This document shows positions 55,372 to 63,617 of a stretch of 63,946 bases of DNA, piece after piece (the stretch's first letter is position 1; every line of letters begins with the position of its first letter). Origin of the DNA: an uncultured Bacteroidales bacterium (GTDB taxonomy: Bacteria > Bacteroidota > Bacteroidia > Bacteroidales > UBA3663); NCBI GenBank assembly GCA_902779265.1, contig CACZAY010000006.1:1-63946 (forward strand). The letters run 5' to 3'. Below the pieces are notes generated by a model. That model did no database searches and was not told where the DNA came from. It was given only the letters and a program-made list of their open reading frames with translations. The position numbers and the translations under genes were made by a program.

Positions 55372-56667
55372 CTATCCCCGCAGAACTTTTCGCGCCATCG
55401 CGGTCTGCACTACACTACGCACGACAAGATACACCACGAAGGCGAGCCACAAGTGATGGTTCGTCGGCAGCGCCATTGGCCAAAACCAGAGGACAAAGAA
55501 TACGGCTGCTGCAATAGCAAGCGTATAGAGCATCTGCCGTGTGGCCGTCGCGCCGATGAAGATGCCATCCCACATAAACGTTGCAAAACCGGCGAGGGGA
55601 ATGGCCAATGTCCACGGAAGATAGGGCTGGGCGGCATCAATGACAGATGTATCATCGGTCAAAAGGCGGAGAATGCCATTGGCCGCAAAGAAATAAATCG
55701 TCGTGAAAAGCAGCGTCACTCCACTTGCCCAACCGAAAAGGCGACGGACGCACATCATCTTTCTCTCATGACTCTTCGCACCGACATACTTACCAACAAG
55801 CGCCTCACCCGCCAACGCGAATCCGTCGCAAAAATAGCTGAACAGGATAAAGAGCTGTATGAGTAGTGTATTTACGGCCAATAGCATGTCGCCCTGACGC
55901 GCGCCGAAACTCGTGAAAGCTGTCGTGACGGCAATGATGCAGATCATGCGTAGGAAAATGTCACGGTTGACACGAAAGAAATCGGCCAAGCTCAATTCCC
56001 GCGCCGTATCGATAGTTCCGTCAGCCGGATGAAGATGGATGCGCCGCACGAGGAAAAGTGCCACAGCGAGCCCACAATACTGCGAAATGACAGTACCCAA
56101 GGCAACGCCACGCACGCCCAATCCGAACTGGAAGACAAGCAGAGCCGATACAGCAATGTTAAGCAGGTTTTGGCCAATGGCGATATACATCGGGAAACGC
56201 GAATTCTGCATTCCGACGAACCATCCGTTCAGCGCAAAAAGCGAGAGCACGGCCGGCGCCGCCCAGATGCGAATATGGAAATAGGTGATGGCCAATGCCC
56301 AGACTTCATCGGTCGGAGCGATGATGATGTGCGCAAGCCACTCAATGGGCCATTGCAGCGCAAATATCCCGACACCACACACGACGGCCACCGTAAGCGC
56401 CATGCGCAACACGCGACGCTCCCCTGCGCCATCCTCGCGGCCAAAGCGTTGTGCCGTCAGACCGCTGCTTCCCATACGCAGAAAGGCAAACAACCAATAA
56501 ATCATGTTGAAGATGAGCCCACCCACCGATATGGCGCCTATGGCCAATGCTCCGCCGTCGGCCGAATCAATATGGCCAACGATGCTGAGGTCAATGATGC
56601 CCAGCAGCGGAATGGTGATGTTGGTGATGATACTCGGAATCGCAATGCGAAGGATTTCTCGGTTCAT
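55372..56667 (-). CDS. MATE family efflux transporter
   Basis: MNREILRIAIPSIITNITIPLLGIIDLSIVGH.. with a 12-TM pattern. Confidence 0.85.
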   Translation of the reverse strand: MNREILRIAIPSIITNITIPLLGIIDLSIVGHIDSADGGALAIGAISVGGLIFNMIYWLFAFLRMGSSGLTAQRFGREDGAGERRVLRMALTVAVVCGVGIFALQWPIEWLAHIIIAPTDEVWALAITYFHIRIWAAPAVLSLFALNGWFVGMQNSRFPMYIAIGQNLLNIAVSALLVFQFGLGVRGVALGTVISQYCGLAVALFLVRRIHLHPADGTIDTARELSLADFFRVNRDIFLRMICIIAVTTAFTSFGARQGDMLLAVNTLLIQLFILFSYFCDGFALAGEALVGKYVGAKSHERKMMCVRRLFGWASGVTLLFTTIYFFAANGILRLLTDDTSVIDAAQPYLPWTLAIPLAGFATFMWDGIFIGATATRQMLYTLAIAAAVFFVLWFWPMALPTNHHLWLAFVVYLVVRSVVQTAMARKVLRG

Positions 56668-56772
56668 TGGCCAAGGAAATCAATAACCTCACCCGAACTG
56701 GCCGAGTGAGGTAAATTGGAAATAAATAATGGTCGTATTTTCTCCCCTTAGGGAGGTCTTGAAAAGAGGAAT

Positions 56773-57906
56773 TTACCCCTTCAGCGACTTCTCGAAGCGT
56801 TCGAGGAAGAGGTCGCATTCCTTTTGGCCGATGCAGAGCGGCGGCAGGATACGCAACACATTGGTGCCAGCGGCTCCGGTGAATACGTGCTGGTCGTAAA
56901 TCAGACGGTTGCGGACCTCCTTGTACGGATAGTCGAACTCGATGCCGATCATCAGGCCACGGCCACGCAGTTCCTTCAAGCCGGGGATGTTCATCGACTT
57001 GAGCTGCTGCATCAGATATTCGCCCTGCTTGGCGGCATTCTCGACCAACTTCTCGTCCTGAATCACATCGAGCACGGTGCAGGCCAATGCGCAGCCCAGA
57101 TGGTTACCTCCGAATGTCGTACCCAATTGGCCATAAACCGGAGTGAATTTGGGCGAAATCAGCACGCCGGCGAACGGATAACCGTTGGCGATGCCCTTGG
57201 CCACAGTGATGATGTCGGGACGGATGCCTGCATATTGGTGGGCGAAGAACTTGCCTGAACGGCCGTAGCCCGACTGAATCTCGTCGAGGATGAGCACTAC
57301 GTTGTTTTCTTCGGTCACCTTGCGTAGCTGCTGCATGAACTCGGTGGTCGGAATGTGGATTCCGCCGACGCCGCTGATGCCCTCGATGATGACGGCTGCG
57401 ACATCACCATTGGCAATGCTTGCCTTGATGCCCTCAATGTCGCCCAACGCGAAGAATTCGACCGGGAAAGTCGAGTTGATTGGTGCCTGGATCTTCGGAT
57501 TCTGGGTGACGTTAACCGCAGCCGAAGTACGTCCGTGGAAGGCGTGGGAGAATGCAATAACTTTCTTCTTGCCGGTATAGAACGATGCCAGTTTCAGCGC
57601 GTTCTCGTTGGCCTCAGCACCCGAATTGATGAGGAACAGCTGGTAGTCATCGTAGCCGCTCACCTTGCCAAGTTTTTCGGCCAATTTGACCTGCAATGGG
57701 TTCTTCACTGCATTCGAGTAGAAACACAGCTTCGATGCCTGCTCCTGCATGGTCTGCAAATAGCGTGGATGGCCATGGCCGATGGAAATCACGGCGTGTC
57801 CGCCATAGAAGTCGAGATACTCCTGACCTTTTTCGTCGTACACATAGCATCCTTTGCCATGGTCGATGGTCACATCAAAAAGTGGATATACGTCAAAAAG
57901 TTTCAT
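56773..57906 (-). CDS. argD: acetylornithine aminotransferase (class III aminotransferase)
   Basis: ..DFYGGHAVISIGHGHP.., ..LILDEIQSGYGRSGKFFA.. It lies adjacent to argC. Confidence 0.85.
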   Translation of the reverse strand: MKLFDVYPLFDVTIDHGKGCYVYDEKGQEYLDFYGGHAVISIGHGHPRYLQTMQEQASKLCFYSNAVKNPLQVKLAEKLGKVSGYDDYQLFLINSGAEANENALKLASFYTGKKKVIAFSHAFHGRTSAAVNVTQNPKIQAPINSTFPVEFFALGDIEGIKASIANGDVAAVIIEGISGVGGIHIPTTEFMQQLRKVTEENNVVLILDEIQSGYGRSGKFFAHQYAGIRPDIITVAKGIANGYPFAGVLISPKFTPVYGQLGTTFGGNHLGCALACTVLDVIQDEKLVENAAKQGEYLMQQLKSMNIPGLKELRGRGLMIGIEFDYPYKEVRNRLIYDQHVFTGAAGTNVLRILPPLCIGQKECDLFLERFEKSLKG

Positions 57907-58018
57907 TTTCTTTTAGGTTTTGAGGTTATGAGGTCGCGTCGCTTGTGAGGTTTTGAGGTAATATTCAAAGGCGATTCCAGAGGTATACAACCTAAAAACC
58001 TTACAACCTTATGACCTT
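57907..58018. repeat. second, inverted copy of the ~100-bp structured intergenic element seen at 39364-39467
   Basis: AGGTTTTGAGGTTATGAGGTCGCGTCGCTTGTGAGGTTTTGAGGT .. CAACCTAAAAACCTTACAACCTTATGACC. It fills the argC-argD spacer. Confidence 0.75.
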
Positions 58019-58504
58019 TTAAAATGCGATTGCCTTCAAGTTCAGGCCAGCCTTTTCGTCGAGACCGAACATCAGGTTCATGTTCTGGACGGCTTGTCCG
58101 ACGGCACCCTTCAGCAAGTTGTCAACCATCGAGGTGACGACAACCTTGCGGCCGAACACATCGACATGGACGAGTGCCTTGTTGGTGCCGACCACCTGCT
58201 TGAGGTCGATGGCTGCGTCACTGTAGTGAGTGAATGCGGCATCGGCATAGAAATCCTTGTAGAGCGTGGCAACTTCATCGGCCGACATTGCCTTCTTCAG
58301 ACGGATGACCTCGGTGCAGAAGATGCCACGTGCGAAGTCGCCGCGATACGGAATGAAATCGACCGTGATGCCGTCGGCCTCATAGCCCTCGTTGAGCGTA
58401 TCGACCACACGCGGAGCACCCGCTGGAGCCAGTTCGTTCAACGTCTGCGTGATTTCGTGCAGATGCTGGTGCGTGAAGAGGCGCGTGTCCGTCAGGCGGT
58501 TCAC
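58019..58504 (-). pseudogene. argC: N-acetyl-gamma-glutamyl-phosphate reductase, 3' half only (about 160 of about 320 codons)
   Basis: ..FTHQHLHEI..DFIPYRGDFARGIF..NLLKGAVGQAVQNMNLMFGL.. is the ArgC C-terminal domain. Homology stops at about 58504 and no N-terminal NAD-binding half follows. Confidence 0.8.
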
Positions 58505-58930
58505 CGGCGCACGGTACGCAGATGGGCACTCGGCGGAAGTGGCACGTTAGCCGTTGCAGCGATTCTGGTGCTGGCCGTTATTCTGGTTCCGACGATCAAA
58601 ACGATGCACCAGTATAGCACGCAGTATGTGGCAAGCATCGAGACCGAAGCGTTCCGAGGCGGTGACGAGATGAGTATGAAGCTCTGTGAGGCGATGGTCA
58701 AGATGAAACGGGGTCAGTGGGTGGAAGCCGAACGGATAGCAGACACGCTGCTGGAGCAGACCGCTGATTCGGAGGACGAAGAGGACATAGACATCCGCCA
58801 GAGCGCCGAATGGATCAAAGCCCTCTGCCTCATGCATGACGGCAAGATCTTCTCCGCACGAAAACTGCTGAAACGTATCGCTGCCGGTGACAGTTATTAC
58901 AGTCCGCTCGCTGAAGAGCTATTGAGATAA
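58505..58930 (+). pseudogene. 5'-truncated gene for a small single-pass membrane / helical-repeat protein
   Basis: The frame reads ..RRWALGGSGTLAVAAILVLAVILVPTIKTMHQ..LLKRIAAGDSYYSPLAEELLR*. There is no start codon before the TM helix, and the first in-frame ATG is at 58604. The tracked ORF start at 58094 is only antisense read-through of argC. Confidence 0.5.
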
Positions 58931-58999
58931 ACGGTTTTTCAATGTTTCTGCCGCAAAGAAACAGGTAAATCAATTATTAATAATTAAACATTTACACAC

Positions 59000-59701
59000 A
59001 TGAAAAAAGTTTTGTTTTTCTCCGCTGTTGCACTGAGTGCAATCATGATGGTATCGTGCAACAAGCCTGCTGCTCAGACTGAAGAGAAAGAGGCTATCGA
59101 GCAACCTGCATCGCAAGAGATGGACGCTATCCGCACCGCGCTGGCTCTGGCTCAGTATGGTTACGCTGCTGAATCTCCGGCTGCTCTGATCGAGGCTGCT
59201 GACATTCTCGCTTCTACTCCGGTACAACCGGTAGCCGTTGAGGGTGAGGTAGGTGCACAGAACGAGAACGAAGGTGAGAAGGCTGCAAAGCCAGAGGTTA
59301 CTGTTGAGCAACTGCTTGCTGACGCTCGCGCACTGACCGAGGACGCAAACCTGCTGGCTCTGGCTGACAAGGTAGCTGCTAAGGCTGCTGAAAGCGCAGA
59401 GGCAACTCGTGGTGCTTACGGTGGTCCGAAGTATCAACGTGACCGCGTTTACTCTCACAGCTACATTCAGTACGTTCAGGCTTTCTATGCAAGCCAAATC
59501 GCTGAGGTATCTGTAGTAGGTGACGGTGATACCGACCTTGACCTCTACATCTATGACGAGAACGGTAACCTCATCGTTTCTGACACCGGTTACACCGATC
59601 GTTGCTACGTTCGTTGGTGCCCGCGTTGGACAGGTAACTTCCTCGTTCGCGTGGTTAACCGTGGTGGTGTTTACAACAACTTCACAATTGCTACTAACTA
59701 A
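59000..59701 (+). CDS. lipoprotein with C-terminal pre-peptidase (PPC)-like beta-sandwich
   Basis: MKKVLFFSAVALSAIMMVSC lipobox; Ala/Glu-rich helical region; C-terminus ..VSVVGDGDTDLDLYIYDENGNLIVSDTGYTDRCYVRW..GNFLVRVVNRGG.. fits the D.DL.LYD.NG pattern. Confidence 0.6.
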   Translation: MKKVLFFSAVALSAIMMVSCNKPAAQTEEKEAIEQPASQEMDAIRTALALAQYGYAAESPAALIEAADILASTPVQPVAVEGEVGAQNENEGEKAAKPEVTVEQLLADARALTEDANLLALADKVAAKAAESAEATRGAYGGPKYQRDRVYSHSYIQYVQAFYASQIAEVSVVGDGDTDLDLYIYDENGNLIVSDTGYTDRCYVRWCPRWTGNFLVRVVNRGGVYNNFTIATN

Positions 59702-59719
59702 TTCTTCTTTGTCGGCCTG

Positions 59720-60634
59720 ATGGAAATGCCTATCAGGCCGGCATGTCTTTTGATGGCTATGAATCGTTCTATTCTTATCTGTGTGTTAGCAACGATGTTG
59801 CTGTTACCGGTGCATGCTACGAAGCGTGCGCTTATTATCGGTATAGGTGCTTATCCTGAATCCACCGGATGGGCGAAGATCAACGGAGATAAGGATGTAG
59901 CTACCGTAGAGCAGATGCTGATCAGCAAAGGTTTTCTCAAAGCCAACATCGTCAAGTTGAGCAATGCGCAGGCTACAGCCGCCGGTATCAAAGCGGCGTT
60001 GGAGAACCTCATTCAGGTATCTGCCAAGAACGATTTTGTGTATATTCATTTCTCCGGTCACGGTCAGCGTATCACCGACACGAGCGGAGATGAGACGAGT
60101 GGTTATGACGAAGCATGGGTACCCTATGACGCGCAATTCGCCTACGAAGAAGGATCGGGTTTGTTCGTCAAGAAAGGCGGTTACCAAGGTCAGAACCATT
60201 TAGTGGACGATGAACTCAACGAATACCTCTACCGCCTGCGTCAGAAAGTGGGACGCGAAGGACAGATCATCGTTATTGCCGATGCTTGCCACAGTGGAGG
60301 CGGGTCGAGAGCGCTGGATGATGAGGACGAAGAACCGTTGGTGGTCAGAGGTACACGCGATGATTTCATCATTCCTTCCGCATCCAGAACGCCGCAGGTA
60401 GGAGGACATGTTGTGGATTGGATCTTTATCAGCGCCTGCAAATCGACCCAGAGTAACTACGAGTACCATGGTACCGGTTCGCTGACCTATGCGTTACAGC
60501 AGTTATCGGCGCAGTTTGACCAGCTCTCTTGTGCGGAGTTACAAGCCCGCTTACGTGCCATCCTGCGGGATATCATTCCTTTCGTGCAGACACCTACCGT
60601 GGAGACTCCGACGCCGGACGACACATTCTTTTGA
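59720..60634 (+). CDS. secreted peptidase C14 (caspase/orthocaspase-like)
   Basis: Signal peptide (alternative start at 59753, MAMNRSILICVLATMLLLPVHA). KRALIIGIGAY..; catalytic dyad contexts YIHFSGHGQ (His codon 60059-60061) and VIADACHSGGG (Cys codon 60287-60289). Confidence 0.8.
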   Translation: MEMPIRPACLLMAMNRSILICVLATMLLLPVHATKRALIIGIGAYPESTGWAKINGDKDVATVEQMLISKGFLKANIVKLSNAQATAAGIKAALENLIQVSAKNDFVYIHFSGHGQRITDTSGDETSGYDEAWVPYDAQFAYEEGSGLFVKKGGYQGQNHLVDDELNEYLYRLRQKVGREGQIIVIADACHSGGGSRALDDEDEEPLVVRGTRDDFIIPSASRTPQVGGHVVDWIFISACKSTQSNYEYHGTGSLTYALQQLSAQFDQLSCAELQARLRAILRDIIPFVQTPTVETPTPDDTFF

Positions 60635-60639
60635 TAACC

Positions 60640-61065
60640 ATGCGACGCGCCTTGTGTATATATACATTGGGTTTCTTGGCTGCATTTCTATGCGCAGGAT
60701 GTATATGGGCACAAAGCGCCAAAACGGAGACATCTGCCCGAAAAGCGGCTAAGTATGTAGCCCAAAAACTCTGCAAAGAGCACAAAGGGGAAGAGTTGTT
60801 GGATGACCTGGAAGAGATGATGGCCGGCCTGATGTTAGCCTGCACCCTTCCACCGGAGCCTATCGATCTCGAAGAAGAAGAACAAAATCCTGATTCCGAC
60901 GACCAGAATGCCACACGGCGTGACCGACGAAACCGCAGACAGCGGGACAAGCAGCGTCGTGACCGACAGCGAGACAAACGGTCTTCCCGAACCGACTCAC
61001 GCCGCGTTCGCACGCGGTACAGAACGCGTAGAAGGACGGAAGACGACAACGAATCAGCCTCATGA
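60640..61065 (+). CDS. small lipoprotein-like protein with an acidic block followed by a poly-Arg tail
   Basis: MRRALCIYTLGFLAAFLCAGC.. signal/lipobox; ..EPIDLEEEEQNPDSDDQ..; then RRDRRNRRQRDKQRRDRQRDKRSSRTDSRRVRTRYRTRRRTEDD. Its stop overlaps the next start (ATGA at 61062-61065). Confidence 0.6.
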   Translation: MRRALCIYTLGFLAAFLCAGCIWAQSAKTETSARKAAKYVAQKLCKEHKGEELLDDLEEMMAGLMLACTLPPEPIDLEEEEQNPDSDDQNATRRDRRNRRQRDKQRRDRQRDKRSSRTDSRRVRTRYRTRRRTEDDNESAS

Positions 61066-63602
61066 AAACCCTTCTGTTATCCATACTGATTTCTTCTATG
61101 TCCATGGCCGACTCGCTGCTCGACCAGGCCGTCCTTTTGCAGGATCAGGCGATGCACGAGCAGGCTTTGGCGCAATGCGAGCAACTCTTAGCCGCAGCGG
61201 ACTCGTCAGGCTATACGGATACGGAATGGAAAGTGTCGGTGCTCCAAACGATCATCACCTCCCTCGATGAGTTGGGGCGCTACGATGAGGCTATCTATTA
61301 CTGCAAGCAAATCGTGGCGATGGGTGCGGACGTGCCGCCGGATGAACGCGCGTACGCGCAGGCGGACATGGCTTCTTTCTATGTGCTGATAGGCCATCTG
61401 CCGCAAGCTACCCGAACCGCTTTCGAGGCCATCAAAACCGCCAAACAGTATATTGCTGCCAATAATTCAAAGTGGTTAGCGGCTCGTGATTATGACGCGT
61501 TCGCAGAAGGCGCGCAATTGATGGAATACGTCGTTCGGCAATGTTTCACCGCTTTGTCCGAAGGTTATGTGGCGGCAGACGAAGCATCTCAAGCCATGCT
61601 GGTGGCAGAGTTTGATGTTCCTGCCTTCAAGCAACTCTTCCGTACCTCCTATGAGCAAGTATCGGTCATGGCTGATAAAGCCGCTGCAGGTTCGGCGCTC
61701 TATCGTATGCTGTGCAGTCAGCAGCAGTCCTATGGCGCCATGCTATGCGAAGCCATCCTGCTGGAGGCGGATTTTGCGCCGACCGAACAAGACAAGCGCG
61801 CTATCTTGGGTCAGATAGCCGGCTTGAATCCTACCTTACCTGACTATGAACTGCGTGCCGATGTGCGTATTGCGGCATCGTTTGCGCAAGAAGAGAAATA
61901 CGACAGCGCGCAGGTCTATTGGGAGAGAGTCGCGCAGACGGACTCGCTTCAGACCTATGCCGCTGTGATTGAAGAGAATAAAGCCTGGACGGCCGTGCAA
62001 CACAGGGATTGGACGCATGCCCTGCCATGGCTCCGGCAATCGCTGCAAGACAAACGTCAGAATCTGAAAAGCGAGTTCTTGTGGCTCAGCGCACGTTCCA
62101 GACAACGGACGTGGTTGACAAACTACGCATGGTATTTTGCCCAGAATATATCCCTCTGTGCCCTTGCCGAGCACCCGGACGAAGTCAATGCCTTTATCTA
62201 TGACAACGTACTGCTCGAGAAGGGTATTCTGCTATCTACCGAAACGGAACTGGAGATGCTCTTGCAGGAAACGGGAGGCAGAGCGGTGTTAGACAGTCTG
62301 CACGCATTGCGTCATATACGGCATCAGTTGTATCTGTCGGAAAAGGACCAAACCGTTCATCCGGATACTCTTGCCGCTCGCAAACGGGCTGCAGCCAATC
62401 TGGAATTGCATATCCTCCGAGCCTGTCACAATGTAGGGGATTTCACGCGACTGCTGGACTTGACCTGGCAGGATGTCCAAGCCCGATTAAAGGACCATGA
62501 GACGGTGGTGGAGTTCATCCAGACCGAAGACGCCGACAACGAGCGCTGGATGCAAGCCCTTGTGCTGCGCAAAGGATGGTCATACCCGAAACTGCTGACG
62601 GTCGGAAAAGCTAAAGAGGTGGAGCAATGGTGTGCGTCCAACACCCTCTATGAGAACAAAGAAACTACCCGTCGCATATGGCAACCGATTATAGAAACGG
62701 CGGGCATACAAGCCGGTCAAACGGTCTATTTCTCGCCGGACGGTATATTCTATCTGACCGGCATCGAATACCTGCCTGTAGATACAACAACCCTCTTTGA
62801 CCGCTATAACATGGTTCGCCTCTCCTCTTCACGCGAACTGTGCCGGCAAACGCAGGCGAATCCGGAGGAACAAACCATCCTCTATGGAGGTGTGATCTAT
62901 GCGGATGACGAGAACGACCGACGAATCGATTACCTCTCTTCTACTTTGGACGAGGTGCAGCAGATCGATTCGATCATACCGCACAGTGCGCTCTATACCG
63001 GATTGGAGGCTACCGAAGAGTCGTTCAAAGACCTGTCCGGACATTCTCCGCAAACGCTTCATATGGCAACACACGGCTTCTATCTGAAGAACAAAAAAGC
63101 ACAATCCATGATGCAGAAGAATGTGCAGTTCGTGCGTCTGACGGAGCGGCAACGGATCAATATCGAAGATTATGCATTGGCGCGCTGCGGCTTGCTCATG
63201 GCGCATTCGTCTTCTTCGTATTCGGGAGACTCGATCTCCACCACGCGGGACGACGGTGTCTTGACCGCCAAAGAGATTGCCGCTTTGGATCTGCACAAGA
63301 CCGAACTGGTCGTTCTATCCGCCTGCAAATCCGGACTCGGAGACATCACCGTGGACGGTATAGCGGGTCTGCAGCGCGGTTTCAAGAAAGCAGGCGTACA
63401 AGCAATGCTGATGACCTTATGGCCCATTGACGATACGGCCAGCAGGATTTTTATGTACGCCTTCTATCAGAGTCTTGTTGCAGGCCAAACCAAGCAAGCG
63501 GCCTTACGGCATGCCCAGCAGACACTGCGCGCGATGGAGGAGTATAACTATCCGCGTTATTGGGCTGCGTTTGTACTGTTGGACGCTATTCCTAAAGAAT
63601 AA
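61062..63602 (+). CDS. TPR-like repeat + CHAT domain (caspase-fold) protease with N-terminal signal-like segment
   Basis: The N-terminal ~500 aa are helical repeats. The C-terminal CHAT domain has ..TLHMATHGFYL.. (His codon 63072-63074) and ..LVVLSACKSGLGD.. (Cys codon 63324-63326), ending ..RYWAAFVLLDAIPKE. Confidence 0.85.
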   Translation: MKTLLLSILISSMSMADSLLDQAVLLQDQAMHEQALAQCEQLLAAADSSGYTDTEWKVSVLQTIITSLDELGRYDEAIYYCKQIVAMGADVPPDERAYAQADMASFYVLIGHLPQATRTAFEAIKTAKQYIAANNSKWLAARDYDAFAEGAQLMEYVVRQCFTALSEGYVAADEASQAMLVAEFDVPAFKQLFRTSYEQVSVMADKAAAGSALYRMLCSQQQSYGAMLCEAILLEADFAPTEQDKRAILGQIAGLNPTLPDYELRADVRIAASFAQEEKYDSAQVYWERVAQTDSLQTYAAVIEENKAWTAVQHRDWTHALPWLRQSLQDKRQNLKSEFLWLSARSRQRTWLTNYAWYFAQNISLCALAEHPDEVNAFIYDNVLLEKGILLSTETELEMLLQETGGRAVLDSLHALRHIRHQLYLSEKDQTVHPDTLAARKRAAANLELHILRACHNVGDFTRLLDLTWQDVQARLKDHETVVEFIQTEDADNERWMQALVLRKGWSYPKLLTVGKAKEVEQWCASNTLYENKETTRRIWQPIIETAGIQAGQTVYFSPDGIFYLTGIEYLPVDTTTLFDRYNMVRLSSSRELCRQTQANPEEQTILYGGVIYADDENDRRIDYLSSTLDEVQQIDSIIPHSALYTGLEATEESFKDLSGHSPQTLHMATHGFYLKNKKAQSMMQKNVQFVRLTERQRINIEDYALARCGLLMAHSSSSYSGDSISTTRDDGVLTAKEIAALDLHKTELVVLSACKSGLGDITVDGIAGLQRGFKKAGVQAMLMTLWPIDDTASRIFMYAFYQSLVAGQTKQAALRHAQQTLRAMEEYNYPRYWAAFVLLDAIPKE

Positions 63603-63617
63603 AATATGATCCTATAC

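Noticed and set aside
58094-58504. The 5' part of the 278-aa plus-strand ORF 58094-58930.
   Set aside because: This portion is simply the antisense frame of the argC fragment. Only the part from about 58505 onward (TM helix plus helical C-terminus) looks like a real, truncated gene.
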